Shown one piece after another: positions 1-9,681 of a stretch of 27,484 bases of DNA (within the stretch, counting starts at the first letter, position 1; each line of letters starts with the position of its first letter). This stretch comes from a virus (lineage: Duplodnaviria > Caudoviricetes), in IMG/VR virus record IMGVR_UViG_3300033804_000009, positions 1-27,484 of that record. The stretch is one strand, 5' to 3'. The position numbers and the translations under genes were made by a program. The notes beneath the pieces were generated by a model. The model worked only from the letters and a program-made list of their open reading frames with translations. It had not been told where the DNA came from and did not search any database.

Positions 1-263
1 GCCACGGCCCCTCCTTTGGTAAGTAAGCTATTCCACATAGCGACAACTTTACAATCTTTACAATATCCGAAAAACTGATCCCTGGTAACAACACCACCTT
101 CAGAACTAAATTCTTGTTCCTTCGTATCATGGGCCTTTTCCCAATCTTCCCTTTGTTTCATCCATTTTTTGACCCAATAGGTATTTATTTTTATCAACAC
201 TCCCACAACCGCAACAAACGCGCTTAGAACAATCTGCCATATCCAATGCAGAATTGGATCCAT
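1..263 (-). CDS. Small membrane protein, possibly holin-like (3' end outside window)
   Basis: Not in the ORF track. Translated by hand from ATG at 263: MDPILHWIWQIVLSAFVAVVGVLIKINTYWVKKWMKQREDWEKAHD..., open to the window edge. SD-like AAAGGGG upstream. One N-terminal hydrophobic helix followed by a charged segment. Holin role is inferred only from its position after the virion genes. Confidence 0.55.
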   Translation of the reverse strand, partial: MDPILHWIWQIVLSAFVAVVGVLIKINTYWVKKWMKQREDWEKAHDTKEQEFSSEGGVVTRDQFFGYCKDCKVVAMWNSLLTKGGAV

Positions 264-275
264 ATTCGTCCCCTT

Positions 276-3200
276 TCATTGTGCCCTCATTTGCTCCGTG
301 ACCTCTCTCATTTTGGGCATATAGGTGATCCGATCTTCGGGGGACCTAATGCCATAAAACTTTCTATTTAAAATCGGATAGAGCTTTTTCTTCTCATCCG
401 AACTGGCCACCCTAAAGACTTCAAGGACATCTTTGAATGGAAGATGGGCGACAGCATCAACCAATGGTTCTTTGGAAATCCTCGATCGAAAAGTTAGAAG
501 ATCCTGAAGTTTCAACTTCCCAGCCGCAATATCGCCATGAAATTCAGTCATAATATCTTCAGTTGGTTCATTCTTCAGAACCGCTTCTTGGTATCGTTTG
601 GCATAATTCTTAACGAGTTGACCCCTGGCAAAGTCTGCCGGTGACCTTCCACCGATCGGTAAGTGTGCAGCTTTTAACTCAGAGGCTTTTTGTTCTGCCG
701 CCGTTTTCTCTACCCAATAAGGAGCCTTGGTGCCCCCGAGAAAACCAGCGACTTGTCTGGTAGGTGTTTCTCCTTCAGCCCTCATCCTTTCAAGACTTTG
801 AATTGAGAATGGGAGTGGAACAAGATGAATAAGATCATCAATCCTCTGATAAACTATATTCTCGCTGGGATCATGAACCTGCACCCCATAAAAATCTTTG
901 TTACTAATAATGTCCTGAAATCTTCCAAACCATCCAGCCATCGATGAACCTGCATATTTAACCGGAGAGTGTGTCAGGGAGAAAAAATCTCTCGCGTAAG
1001 TAGGAAGTGAAAGCCGACCACCCTGATTATCAATTTGAGGATAAACGAGATCCTTCCAATTTTCCGGAGTTTTTCCTGTAAACGCGTATTGAGTGATTGA
1101 AGCCATTGCCGCTGTTAAAGAGAAAAGGCCCCACATCCAAGCCGCTTCCTGAGTGAGCCTTGGCTTTCTACCTTCTTTGATTGCCGAAAGGATTTCTCTT
1201 GTTTGTCCTTCAAACCCTTTTCCGTATTCGCGGATATTACCAAGTTTCCAGGTCACCGATCGCACAAACATTTGAAGTCCGGATTTAAAGGTCCGGTCCC
1301 ACCAAAGGTTATCAAAATTCATTTCTCCGAATCTGTTCTCGACAGATTTCCAGACATTCCGTGCGAGCTCTGCTTTTGTGATTTTACCAGATAGCAGATC
1401 CGCCTGTTGTTCAGTCTGTCTGAAATTAAATTCTCTGAGAAATTGTGCTCTTTTCAACGCCGGGATATAGGTTTCAAATAAGGGTTTTATCATCCATTGA
1501 GCCATTCCCGGAATCGATCGCAATGCGGCGCCAATATAATTTTTGGCGTGAAGGTTTTCTTTAAAGACATTGATTGAATTTATCCGATAGGATTCATTCA
1601 TCCTCATGGATCCGCCACCCCAATAGAGCCATCCAATATCATCGGCAGCCTGGGGAAACATCTTCATAAACTCTTGGCCTTTCGTCGTTGAAAGAAAACC
1701 CTGGGGATCCTTCATTAATCTTTCCCATTGCCGGCCTATTTGGTAAAGATCATAGCCCGCTTTTGGTGCTGTAATAATATCTTTGAGACCAGCCTCAATC
1801 TGTCCCTGGTTCCAAATTTTCCTAAGTCCAAGACCCATTTGAGAAGCAGCCGCCTCAAAAGTGATGAAGGAAGCATGGAAAGCAGAAAACCCGAGTTCCA
1901 TCGCCGTTGTCACATTTTTAATCGCCATGATACCTCTTGTAAGAGGATGTTCTCGCACAAGATCCCGAGAGAGATAGTTTTCAAGAATCCTACCTACATT
2001 ATCCTCCACAACCCACCGGCCCCTTCCAAGTTCTTTTGGAGGTCCTTCGATCATATATCTATTGAGCTTATTTGCCGCAGCTTCCCTCTTAGCCGGATCC
2101 GGATCGGACATCGCTGTCCTTCTCAGTTCAGTATCGTCAAATTTCCTCGGGAAATACTGATTTGCGATCCTATCATTAATTGCCCTGAATCCTTCCTGGA
2201 TTTCTTCACCAAATTTAACAAACTTTCTGTGACCAATGTCGAGAAGGAAATCCCACATTTTATGTGCTGTGATCAGTTTCATCGTATCCTGATAATTCAG
2301 ACGGGTCATTTCGATAAGGTTAGTCGTAAAGGGCACACCGCCATTTTCCATACCTTCCTTCAAGGTCCAGTATTGATGATGGAGCGGCGCCCTGGTTCCT
2401 TCAAGAGGCCGGCGCCAAAGTCCGCTAAATCCTTTTTTCTGGATTTCATCTTCTAAGCCCCTGGGAACTACTTTCCAGAAATTTCGGACGTGGTTTTCAA
2501 GATAAGCGATCCGCTCAGGTTCACTCAAGGATCGTAAAACAACATTGGCTTCCCCCCAAAGAGAATCCTCGATCGCCCTATGAAGACGCGCTATCTCCTT
2601 GAGATCATCCGGAAGCTCTGTCTCTCTCCCCATCTGAATCTTATCGACCAAATCAACTTGCTCAGCGGGATTCAATTTAGAAACACGATCGAAAGCCTTT
2701 TCGGTATCATATTCGACTTTAGTCTGTGCGAGTTCACGATCGCCTTTCATCCTCATCATTGCATCGAGGTCTTTGACATCGACGCCAGAAGTCGGAGCAA
2801 TTTTATTTTTCAGCCATTCCCAGGCATCTTTTGCACTCTCGATTTTCGGTTTAACTTCTTCTTCCAGGGCAACCTTCCCGACCTGTTTCCCTGTTTCTTT
2901 TATTTTGTCAGCGATTGAAAATTCGGCTGGCCTGAACGGCTCACCCAAGGGAACGGCTCCGATCGCTCGTACTTGCCTTCTCAGGGCATCGACTTTCGCC
3001 TCTCTCAGTTGAGCCTCACCGCTTGCGAGATAATCCCTGGCCTTCATAATTGTCCGCTGGATCTCCGAATCGGTGATCTTCCAATCAGGATTGAGTTTCG
3101 CAAGCTGTTCCCGAATCCATCCGTAAAGCTGTTTTAAAAGACCTGGCTCTTGACCTGATTCTGCTAATTGGGCAACCTTTTCTCTCGCGGCATTTAATCG

Positions 3201-6026
3201 GCCTTCCTGAGTATCGAGATTGAAGCCGCGTTGGTCAGCGATATTCTGCAATCCAGTCCGTCCGTATTTCATATAAACCCGGTTATAGAATTTAGCATTT
3301 TCCGGACCGAGATAAGATTCCATTGCGAAATGGCCTATGGTTTCATGCTCGATAGCCGAAAGAACATCCTGTTCAGAACCGAGCATTTGTGTAACGAGAT
3401 AAATCTTTTTCGTCATGGGATCATAGACACCCCGGACATTATCGCCAAGGTTCGATCTAAGTTGTTCTCTTATACGATCGGGAATATCTTCGAAAGTATC
3501 GACGATTTCAACTTCAGGAGCACCGGGATATTGCTTGAGTCTTTCAATCGCAAATCCCTGGACGGCCTCTCGTGAAAGAGGATGTTCTACAGGTTCGCCT
3601 ATAGCCGCTTCCGGTTTTGGTAATTTATCTTCAGAAGCCGGGGGTTCTGGACCTTCTTTCGGGGGAATAATTTCTCCGCCCTGTTTATCAACGGCCTTAA
3701 TCTCCCCGGTGTCTTTATCGGCTATAATCTGTCTCTCGGGGACAAATGTCTCTATGGCTTCCGGTGGAGCATCTATCATCCCACCATCAGGGAAACCTAC
3801 TGAATAGGTTCCATCGGCATTGCGCTCATTTATGACGCCCTCGCGTCCATTCACAATTACTTTATCGCCGGTGGAAAAGAGAACTTTTGAATCACGGGCT
3901 GGTGTAACTTTAAATTCAGCAATTTTCTCATCTATTCTCTGTTTGAGGAATTCAGGGGTAAGATTCTCTTCTGCAACAGCGATTGAAACGCGCGTATTTG
4001 GATCCGTAGGGATCCCAGCTTTTTCCAGAACTTCATTGTCGATATCGAAATGATAAAGGCCGGGAATGGTAGGATCTCCGGTTTTATCGACACCCTTGAA
4101 TGTCAATCCATCGACTTTAGGAATTTTTACTTCAGCTACGGATTCTTCGGTGGGTTTGCGGTTAAGTTCTTCGGCAAGCTCTGCTTTGATTTGATCAAAA
4201 GTTTCAGGAGCCTCTCCACCCTCAAGACGTGTTCGAGCCTCGCTAATTGCTTTTTCGACAAGGTCCTTTGGCCATCCTTCATCTTCAAGCTCCTGTCTGA
4301 ATCCTATTATCCAATCATCAACACCATCTGTCAAGAACTTTTCTGTCTCGATGTTTTCGACATTAGGATCGGATTCTAAAATCTGTGCCTGCTTACGCGC
4401 CCATTCTTCTTCTACGCGGGTATTAAAATTGTCTTGCGCCTTCTCCCGAATCTTATTCCATATTTTAAGATCATCACCTTCAAAGATTTCTCCTTCGAAG
4501 GCACGATCAATGATACTTTTGGCTTTTGAGTTTAAGCTTTCTCTTAAATCCCTGATTTCATTTTCATACCTCAATGGCATTTTGAAGCCTTTCAACTTAT
4601 ATGGAAAAGCAGATTCGGGACCTCCGGGAACGATTTCGCCGGCCTCGACCATCTTTTCGAAAGTCTCGGATGCCCTTTTTGTCCCAATTCCGGCCCACCT
4701 TTTGATTAGATCGATACTGATACCGCCATCAATTTTCGCGGCATTCTCTCTAACAGCCCCGATTTGTTTCTCGGATAGGCCAAAATCTGGCCCAGGAGGC
4801 CGTTCGGGAGCCTCGGGAGGGGTAGGAGTAGGGGGTCCAGGCTTTTCAGGCCCCAGCGGTTCAAGGGGCGTTGTAGGAGTAGGCCCTTCGCGGTATGCCC
4901 TGGGAGTGACCTGCTTATAAACAAAACCTTCAGGACTTATGGCTTGAGGCTCACCAGCCACATATTGAGCACCTTCCGGGTAAGTAAGGCGCCGTCGAGT
5001 TACGAATGGATATTCCCTTTCCGGGATCGGCAGAGGTTCGGTAGGGACTCCCGGATATTCCCCTCTTAAAGGTCTACCAGGTTCCCGAGATACCCTGAAC
5101 CTCTCCGGTTCCAATGGGACTCCCGGCCTTGGTCCCATCCCAGCATAAAGAGGCCGAGGTTCAGGTCTTATTCCCAATGCTCCGAAATCAGTAGGTTCCG
5201 GAAGTGCCCTTGCCTCTGGTCCCCTGCTAATAGCACCCAACCCAGCACCAATTACTCCGGGAGCTATCGCCGCTTTTAATGAGGTTCCAAGGTCTTTCGT
5301 TTGGCCAAAAGTATCAGCAAAAGCCTGGAAGCTGAATGTACCGCTTAACATCGCCGCTCTTGCCGCTCTACCACCAGGTACTTGGTCAAGAAGGCCGAAA
5401 ACAGCACCTATGCCGCCTTCCTCTGCAAGCTCTCTTGGGGATAATTTGGCTCCTTCGCTTAATTTTTCGGCGGCCGCTTCTGCTCCAAAGACTCCCGCAC
5501 CGGCTCCTATATTTGCCGCCGCCTGAGCAAAAGGAGAGGCGCGGCCAGCGGCAACAGCTAATCGCCCTGGTCCAAGTGCCCCCGCGACTCCACCAACGGC
5601 TCTCATCAGAGGACCATATTTTAAGATTGCTCCGGGTAATTGGGCTAAACCGGAAACGATCTGCCCAGGGATCCCGAGTTGTGCCACCCTCTCTTCTTGC
5701 TCTTTTGATGGTTTAAGGTATTCCGAGGGAAGAACATCTTCCGGTTGAATTTCTCTTGGTATTTCGAATCGAGATCCAGGAGGCCCTTGACGCTTACCCA
5801 ATAAAGGAAGCGTTTCTTTCAAGATTGGCCTCACGGGAATTTCATACATCCTTGCGGCACTCTCCATACCTTTTCTTAAACCATAGGGAACAGCTTCAAG
5901 CAAGGAAGGCTTTTTCTCTTCCACTTCCTTGTAAGGATCGAAGTCTAAACCTTGCGGAAATTGTTTTTTGGGTTCAGCAGAACCAGCTTTGTAAGGATCA
6001 AAATCTAATCCTTCCGGGTTAGCCAT
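276..6026 (-). CDS. Giant internal virion / DNA ejection protein of polyvalent type (1916 aa) with a zincin-like metallopeptidase motif
   Basis: Last and largest gene of the structural block. N-terminal duplicated GLDFDPYK, Gly/Ala-rich hydrophobic segment, Pro-rich linker, GVYDP...IYLV...EHETIGH metallopeptidase-like region (HExxGH at 3330-3347), long helical C-terminal region. Confidence 0.75.
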   Translation of the reverse strand: MANPEGLDFDPYKAGSAEPKKQFPQGLDFDPYKEVEEKKPSLLEAVPYGLRKGMESAARMYEIPVRPILKETLPLLGKRQGPPGSRFEIPREIQPEDVLPSEYLKPSKEQEERVAQLGIPGQIVSGLAQLPGAILKYGPLMRAVGGVAGALGPGRLAVAAGRASPFAQAAANIGAGAGVFGAEAAAEKLSEGAKLSPRELAEEGGIGAVFGLLDQVPGGRAARAAMLSGTFSFQAFADTFGQTKDLGTSLKAAIAPGVIGAGLGAISRGPEARALPEPTDFGALGIRPEPRPLYAGMGPRPGVPLEPERFRVSREPGRPLRGEYPGVPTEPLPIPEREYPFVTRRRLTYPEGAQYVAGEPQAISPEGFVYKQVTPRAYREGPTPTTPLEPLGPEKPGPPTPTPPEAPERPPGPDFGLSEKQIGAVRENAAKIDGGISIDLIKRWAGIGTKRASETFEKMVEAGEIVPGGPESAFPYKLKGFKMPLRYENEIRDLRESLNSKAKSIIDRAFEGEIFEGDDLKIWNKIREKAQDNFNTRVEEEWARKQAQILESDPNVENIETEKFLTDGVDDWIIGFRQELEDEGWPKDLVEKAISEARTRLEGGEAPETFDQIKAELAEELNRKPTEESVAEVKIPKVDGLTFKGVDKTGDPTIPGLYHFDIDNEVLEKAGIPTDPNTRVSIAVAEENLTPEFLKQRIDEKIAEFKVTPARDSKVLFSTGDKVIVNGREGVINERNADGTYSVGFPDGGMIDAPPEAIETFVPERQIIADKDTGEIKAVDKQGGEIIPPKEGPEPPASEDKLPKPEAAIGEPVEHPLSREAVQGFAIERLKQYPGAPEVEIVDTFEDIPDRIREQLRSNLGDNVRGVYDPMTKKIYLVTQMLGSEQDVLSAIEHETIGHFAMESYLGPENAKFYNRVYMKYGRTGLQNIADQRGFNLDTQEGRLNAAREKVAQLAESGQEPGLLKQLYGWIREQLAKLNPDWKITDSEIQRTIMKARDYLASGEAQLREAKVDALRRQVRAIGAVPLGEPFRPAEFSIADKIKETGKQVGKVALEEEVKPKIESAKDAWEWLKNKIAPTSGVDVKDLDAMMRMKGDRELAQTKVEYDTEKAFDRVSKLNPAEQVDLVDKIQMGRETELPDDLKEIARLHRAIEDSLWGEANVVLRSLSEPERIAYLENHVRNFWKVVPRGLEDEIQKKGFSGLWRRPLEGTRAPLHHQYWTLKEGMENGGVPFTTNLIEMTRLNYQDTMKLITAHKMWDFLLDIGHRKFVKFGEEIQEGFRAINDRIANQYFPRKFDDTELRRTAMSDPDPAKREAAANKLNRYMIEGPPKELGRGRWVVEDNVGRILENYLSRDLVREHPLTRGIMAIKNVTTAMELGFSAFHASFITFEAAASQMGLGLRKIWNQGQIEAGLKDIITAPKAGYDLYQIGRQWERLMKDPQGFLSTTKGQEFMKMFPQAADDIGWLYWGGGSMRMNESYRINSINVFKENLHAKNYIGAALRSIPGMAQWMIKPLFETYIPALKRAQFLREFNFRQTEQQADLLSGKITKAELARNVWKSVENRFGEMNFDNLWWDRTFKSGLQMFVRSVTWKLGNIREYGKGFEGQTREILSAIKEGRKPRLTQEAAWMWGLFSLTAAMASITQYAFTGKTPENWKDLVYPQIDNQGGRLSLPTYARDFFSLTHSPVKYAGSSMAGWFGRFQDIISNKDFYGVQVHDPSENIVYQRIDDLIHLVPLPFSIQSLERMRAEGETPTRQVAGFLGGTKAPYWVEKTAAEQKASELKAAHLPIGGRSPADFARGQLVKNYAKRYQEAVLKNEPTEDIMTEFHGDIAAGKLKLQDLLTFRSRISKEPLVDAVAHLPFKDVLEVFRVASSDEKKKLYPILNRKFYGIRSPEDRITYMPKMREVTEQMRAQ

Positions 6027-7894
6027 TATGCCGCCTCTTGTAATTTTTTATACGCATCCTCAAGTTGCTTACGAGATAACTTACTGCCCTGTGCTTTTGC
6101 CCTCTTAGAGAAAGTTTCAAAATCAGGTAATTCCTTCTTTGGTTCTTTGAAGACATCCGCCATTTGTTTCGGTAAGGCACCAGCTTGAACCATAGCCCTT
6201 CCCATCGTCCTAAACATTCCTTCATCGAAAGTTTCTTCCATTGTCATAGGATCTTTTTTACGGGCAGATTTAAGCATGATGTCGAGCATATTTCTCTGGC
6301 CTGTAGATACTGGTTCATCAAGAGCTACCATCTCATTTTTCGATGGATCCCAATAATGAGTACCACCGGGAGAGAAGAATGGGCGTTTTCTTGCTTCACC
6401 CGTTTGTTCGGCTATCTCTTTTCTAACGCCGGGCATTTCTCGATAATACTCTGCCTCAGCTAATTCTTTTTGACCGCGTGGGCTTAATGGGCCATATTCC
6501 ATCCCCGCCTTGTAAGCTTCTGGTCCGTAAGCAGCGAGTCTTCCCATTTCTGCCTGAAGTGTCGGTATGGATCTTATTGCTTCAGCCCTCATTTCTTCTC
6601 TTGCTTTTCTATCTCCTACACCGGCCATCCCATATCCAGAGGCGATATTCGTCGCACGATCAAGAGCTTTCTGATAAGCGTCCATTGTCGGTTGCGTATA
6701 AGCTCTCATGGCTTCCATTGCTCTTTCTTCAGGATGGACGTCGTAATAGGATCCCAAATAACTTCCCCCTGGGCCAGGTCCTTGCCCTGGGATAATTCTT
6801 AATCCCTGGCTTTCTCTTGCGATCCTTTCTCTTGCGGCCTTATCGCCAGCAACATCCCGAGGACCGACTTTGTATCGAATACCTTCATCATATTGTTTCC
6901 ATTCATCAGGACCAGGCGTAACAGAAGGTGTTCTCCTTTCATGGCTAACAGCAAACTCCGGTGAAGGCAGTTCATAAACATTCTGAGCATTTTTTTTCAA
7001 TTCAAGCGGAGTTTCACCACCGCCACCAGCACCAGCCGGCCATAGATCAAGAGGTTTCTCTCTCTTTGTTAATCCAATACCGCTGGAAATCCCTGGCATG
7101 AATGGAATCGGGATCTCCAATCTTTCAGGAAGAATTCTATGGAGTGGATCTGGACGAGGACCTTGTGGAGTATCAACAGTTCCCGGAGGGGTCCCTTCTT
7201 GTCTTGAAGTAGGAAATTCCAATCCAGCTTCTTTATATCGCTGTTCAGCACCGGCAGTAAAAGGACCACCTGGTTCGCCGATTAAATTTCGTTTATACAT
7301 CGCATTTACATCAGCGGAAAAACCAGCTTCGGGTCCACGAAAACCACCGCCGCCGAAAGTGCTCATGTCGCCATAACGCGGACGCGCACGTCCGGTATCC
7401 ATTCTCGTTTGTGGAATATTCCGATAATCGCTTTTCATCCGGCTTTGTGTCAAAGGATTAGGGATGATCTGCCCAGGAGTGCTCGGTACAAAGAGTTCAG
7501 GTCCTTGTTCTCCGACAACATAGGGGGAACCGCCACCAACACCGCCACCAAGTTGTTTAAAAGGTATTTCCCAAGATACATTGACGTCTGGCTTCCCAGA
7601 TCCGGATAGGTCTACATTCGGCGTGTATTTTCCTGTCACCATTGCCATAACTGTGTCCATCACCTTATTGAAGGTATCCGGATGGACCGCCTTGTAAAGC
7701 TGATCCTGGACCGATGGAGAAATGCCTTCTCCCACCGTCTTATCAGGTTTGACAGGCGAAATAGGTCTAACTCCAAGTTTTTCTTGATAAGGCGCAAGGA
7801 TATTTGACAACTTGGATCTTGCCGCCATGTCAACCGGAGATTCTTGAACATTTGCTGCTTCAGTCTGTCCCGGTATTGGTCTAATATCAGCCAT
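6026..7894 (-). CDS. Probable ejection / pilot protein (622 aa)
   Basis: SD GGAGGA upstream. Low-complexity Pro/Gly-rich sequence with a GGGVGGGSPYVVGEQGPELFVP motif. Stop overlaps the start of the 1916-aa gene (TAATG). Function inferred from position. Confidence 0.55.
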   Translation of the reverse strand: MADIRPIPGQTEAANVQESPVDMAARSKLSNILAPYQEKLGVRPISPVKPDKTVGEGISPSVQDQLYKAVHPDTFNKVMDTVMAMVTGKYTPNVDLSGSGKPDVNVSWEIPFKQLGGGVGGGSPYVVGEQGPELFVPSTPGQIIPNPLTQSRMKSDYRNIPQTRMDTGRARPRYGDMSTFGGGGFRGPEAGFSADVNAMYKRNLIGEPGGPFTAGAEQRYKEAGLEFPTSRQEGTPPGTVDTPQGPRPDPLHRILPERLEIPIPFMPGISSGIGLTKREKPLDLWPAGAGGGGETPLELKKNAQNVYELPSPEFAVSHERRTPSVTPGPDEWKQYDEGIRYKVGPRDVAGDKAARERIARESQGLRIIPGQGPGPGGSYLGSYYDVHPEERAMEAMRAYTQPTMDAYQKALDRATNIASGYGMAGVGDRKAREEMRAEAIRSIPTLQAEMGRLAAYGPEAYKAGMEYGPLSPRGQKELAEAEYYREMPGVRKEIAEQTGEARKRPFFSPGGTHYWDPSKNEMVALDEPVSTGQRNMLDIMLKSARKKDPMTMEETFDEGMFRTMGRAMVQAGALPKQMADVFKEPKKELPDFETFSKRAKAQGSKLSRKQLEDAYKKLQEAA

Positions 7895-7904
7895 GGTTAT
7901 CCTC

Positions 7905-9188
7905 CTACTGATTAGATGTTAATTGAGATCCAGCCGAATAGCTTGCTTCGTCCGAAGCCCCGATATGAACCTGGGCGTGGACGGCAGAGAGGGCACCCGA
8001 AGCAACCGTGGACGCTATCTGTCCGATAGCTTTTTGCGCCTCTTCCTTGAGACTGTTTAAAACTTCATAGGCTTTGAGTTGTACCTCTTCATTTTTTATG
8101 AGGATCCCCGCATTGGCAACCGCCTGATCGATCCTCGCCTGGATCACCTTAAGATCAAGTTCAACCTTTTTCACATCAAAATTCACGATGGAATTGAATA
8201 CATCGACTTCGGCCTCGTATCCCCTTGCCACCGCATTGATCCTTTGGGCCTCAGCGTTCATTTGTGCAGCGTAAGCATTCACGCTGGCCTCGTACATTCG
8301 GATCATCCCGATGTTGTATTCTATTTTTGCCTTGCACTTCTCGATAATGATCTTGGCCTGCTCGCTGAATCCTTTTACCTCGGCGTCATAAGTCTTAATA
8401 TATTTGTCTATCTCAGCAACAGAAGCTTGGAAAATCCTTGTAGCGGTAGTTTCTGCCCAACGAATCATAAGCCCTTCGACGGCGACTCCCTGGCCGATGA
8501 CGAAATGCATATTGTTGAGTGAAATTTCCCAGGACTTAATCATGATCTCCCTGGAAGTGTCGAGCCTTTTATCTGTAAATTGCATTGAGGCTCTATCCTT
8601 CGCGGCCCTCAATCCGCCATTCGGGAATGGAAAACCACCTTTCCCCCAATTCGCCGCGATACGATCTTGTTCATCCTCATACTCAAGGAGGTCTCTTTCG
8701 TAATTTCTTTTGAACATTGCGTCTTCAACGGAAGCTGGGACTCCGGTTGACATATCGGTCATGCTTTGCGTAATCCATTTTTTGAGGCTCGTCATAAGAT
8801 CCGAAACATAAGTCAACGGTCCCGCGTTTACGTCCCCGGGTCCTATAAGATTTGGGAAGTTTTTCGATATGGGATCCATGGTGGCATCAATCAGCGTCGG
8901 TTCAAGGATAGGAGTATTCGGATAATTCACCTTGAACTGGCTTGTGTCGATCACCGGAGGCGTAGCCTCAATTTCAGGTTCACTTATATTTTCCGTGTCA
9001 ATGGTGATCGTTTGAGTAATTAATTTCAGCGACCCGGCTATTTGTGCAAGATTTTGAATTGATTGCATTGCCTGGGTATATCCATTGATAGCGAAATTCA
9101 TCATGTCATAAAATCGCTGAAAGACAAGTGCAGGAGCTTCCGAAAAAAGATCCCAACGATGGGCAATTCCGCCATCTCCGTTGCTCAT
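7905..9188 (-). CDS. Probable internal virion / ejection protein, coiled-coil rich (427 aa)
   Basis: SD GAGGT upstream. Long Ala/Gln/Glu-rich helical C-terminal half ending in a small-residue tail (ASTVASGALSAVHAQVHIGAS). First of three large terminal genes. Confidence 0.55.
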   Translation of the reverse strand: MSNGDGGIAHRWDLFSEAPALVFQRFYDMMNFAINGYTQAMQSIQNLAQIAGSLKLITQTITIDTENISEPEIEATPPVIDTSQFKVNYPNTPILEPTLIDATMDPISKNFPNLIGPGDVNAGPLTYVSDLMTSLKKWITQSMTDMSTGVPASVEDAMFKRNYERDLLEYEDEQDRIAANWGKGGFPFPNGGLRAAKDRASMQFTDKRLDTSREIMIKSWEISLNNMHFVIGQGVAVEGLMIRWAETTATRIFQASVAEIDKYIKTYDAEVKGFSEQAKIIIEKCKAKIEYNIGMIRMYEASVNAYAAQMNAEAQRINAVARGYEAEVDVFNSIVNFDVKKVELDLKVIQARIDQAVANAGILIKNEEVQLKAYEVLNSLKEEAQKAIGQIASTVASGALSAVHAQVHIGASDEASYSAGSQLTSNQ

Positions 9189-9192
9189 AAGA

Positions 9193-9672
9193 TTACCTCA
9201 CTTCTTGCTCGGTTATAGTCTTAATCCCAATCTCTTCTTTTGTCCCTGTTTTCCAGTCAACACCCATGCGGTTCAATCTTTGCGTGATCCATTCCCCTGT
9301 TTTGTCAGAGATCAGACCGCAACCTCCTGTTTCTTTCCGACAATTATAGCCAGATTTGTACTTCCCATTTTCGGCATCCTCGCAGGATTGACAGATAGAT
9401 TCCAAAAAAGCCCTTTTCCCGCACTTCGGACAATTTATCGAAGGGATCAAAAATTCCCCATCAGGCGTTTTCATTTCCGCAGGAGAGGGAAGATGATCGG
9501 CTTGTCTGGTCGATAAAATAAATTCAGCAGGATTTCTGCCAATGAAGATCGCGGCCTCTCTTACAAGAACAGTTAAATTATTTTCCGCTGGCTCACCTTT
9601 GAATTTTCTCAAGGCTCTTCCAACTTGAATCAAAATATTATTGACATGATGCGGACAAGGATCAAAAGTCAT
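9193..9672 (-). CDS. Zn-ribbon-containing hypothetical protein (159 aa)
   Basis: CPKC, CQSC and CRKETGGC motifs. SD GAAGGTG. Fills the gap between neighbours. Confidence 0.65.
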   Translation of the reverse strand: MTFDPCPHHVNNILIQVGRALRKFKGEPAENNLTVLVREAAIFIGRNPAEFILSTRQADHLPSPAEMKTPDGEFLIPSINCPKCGKRAFLESICQSCEDAENGKYKSGYNCRKETGGCGLISDKTGEWITQRLNRMGVDWKTGTKEEIGIKTITEQEVR

Positions 9673-9681
9673 TCTTCACCT

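Noticed and set aside
1203-6022. Numerous plus-strand ORFs opposite the 1916-aa gene (e.g. 1728-2456, 4351-4920)
   Set aside because: Antisense shadows with no recognisable motifs, fully overlapping a coherent gene.
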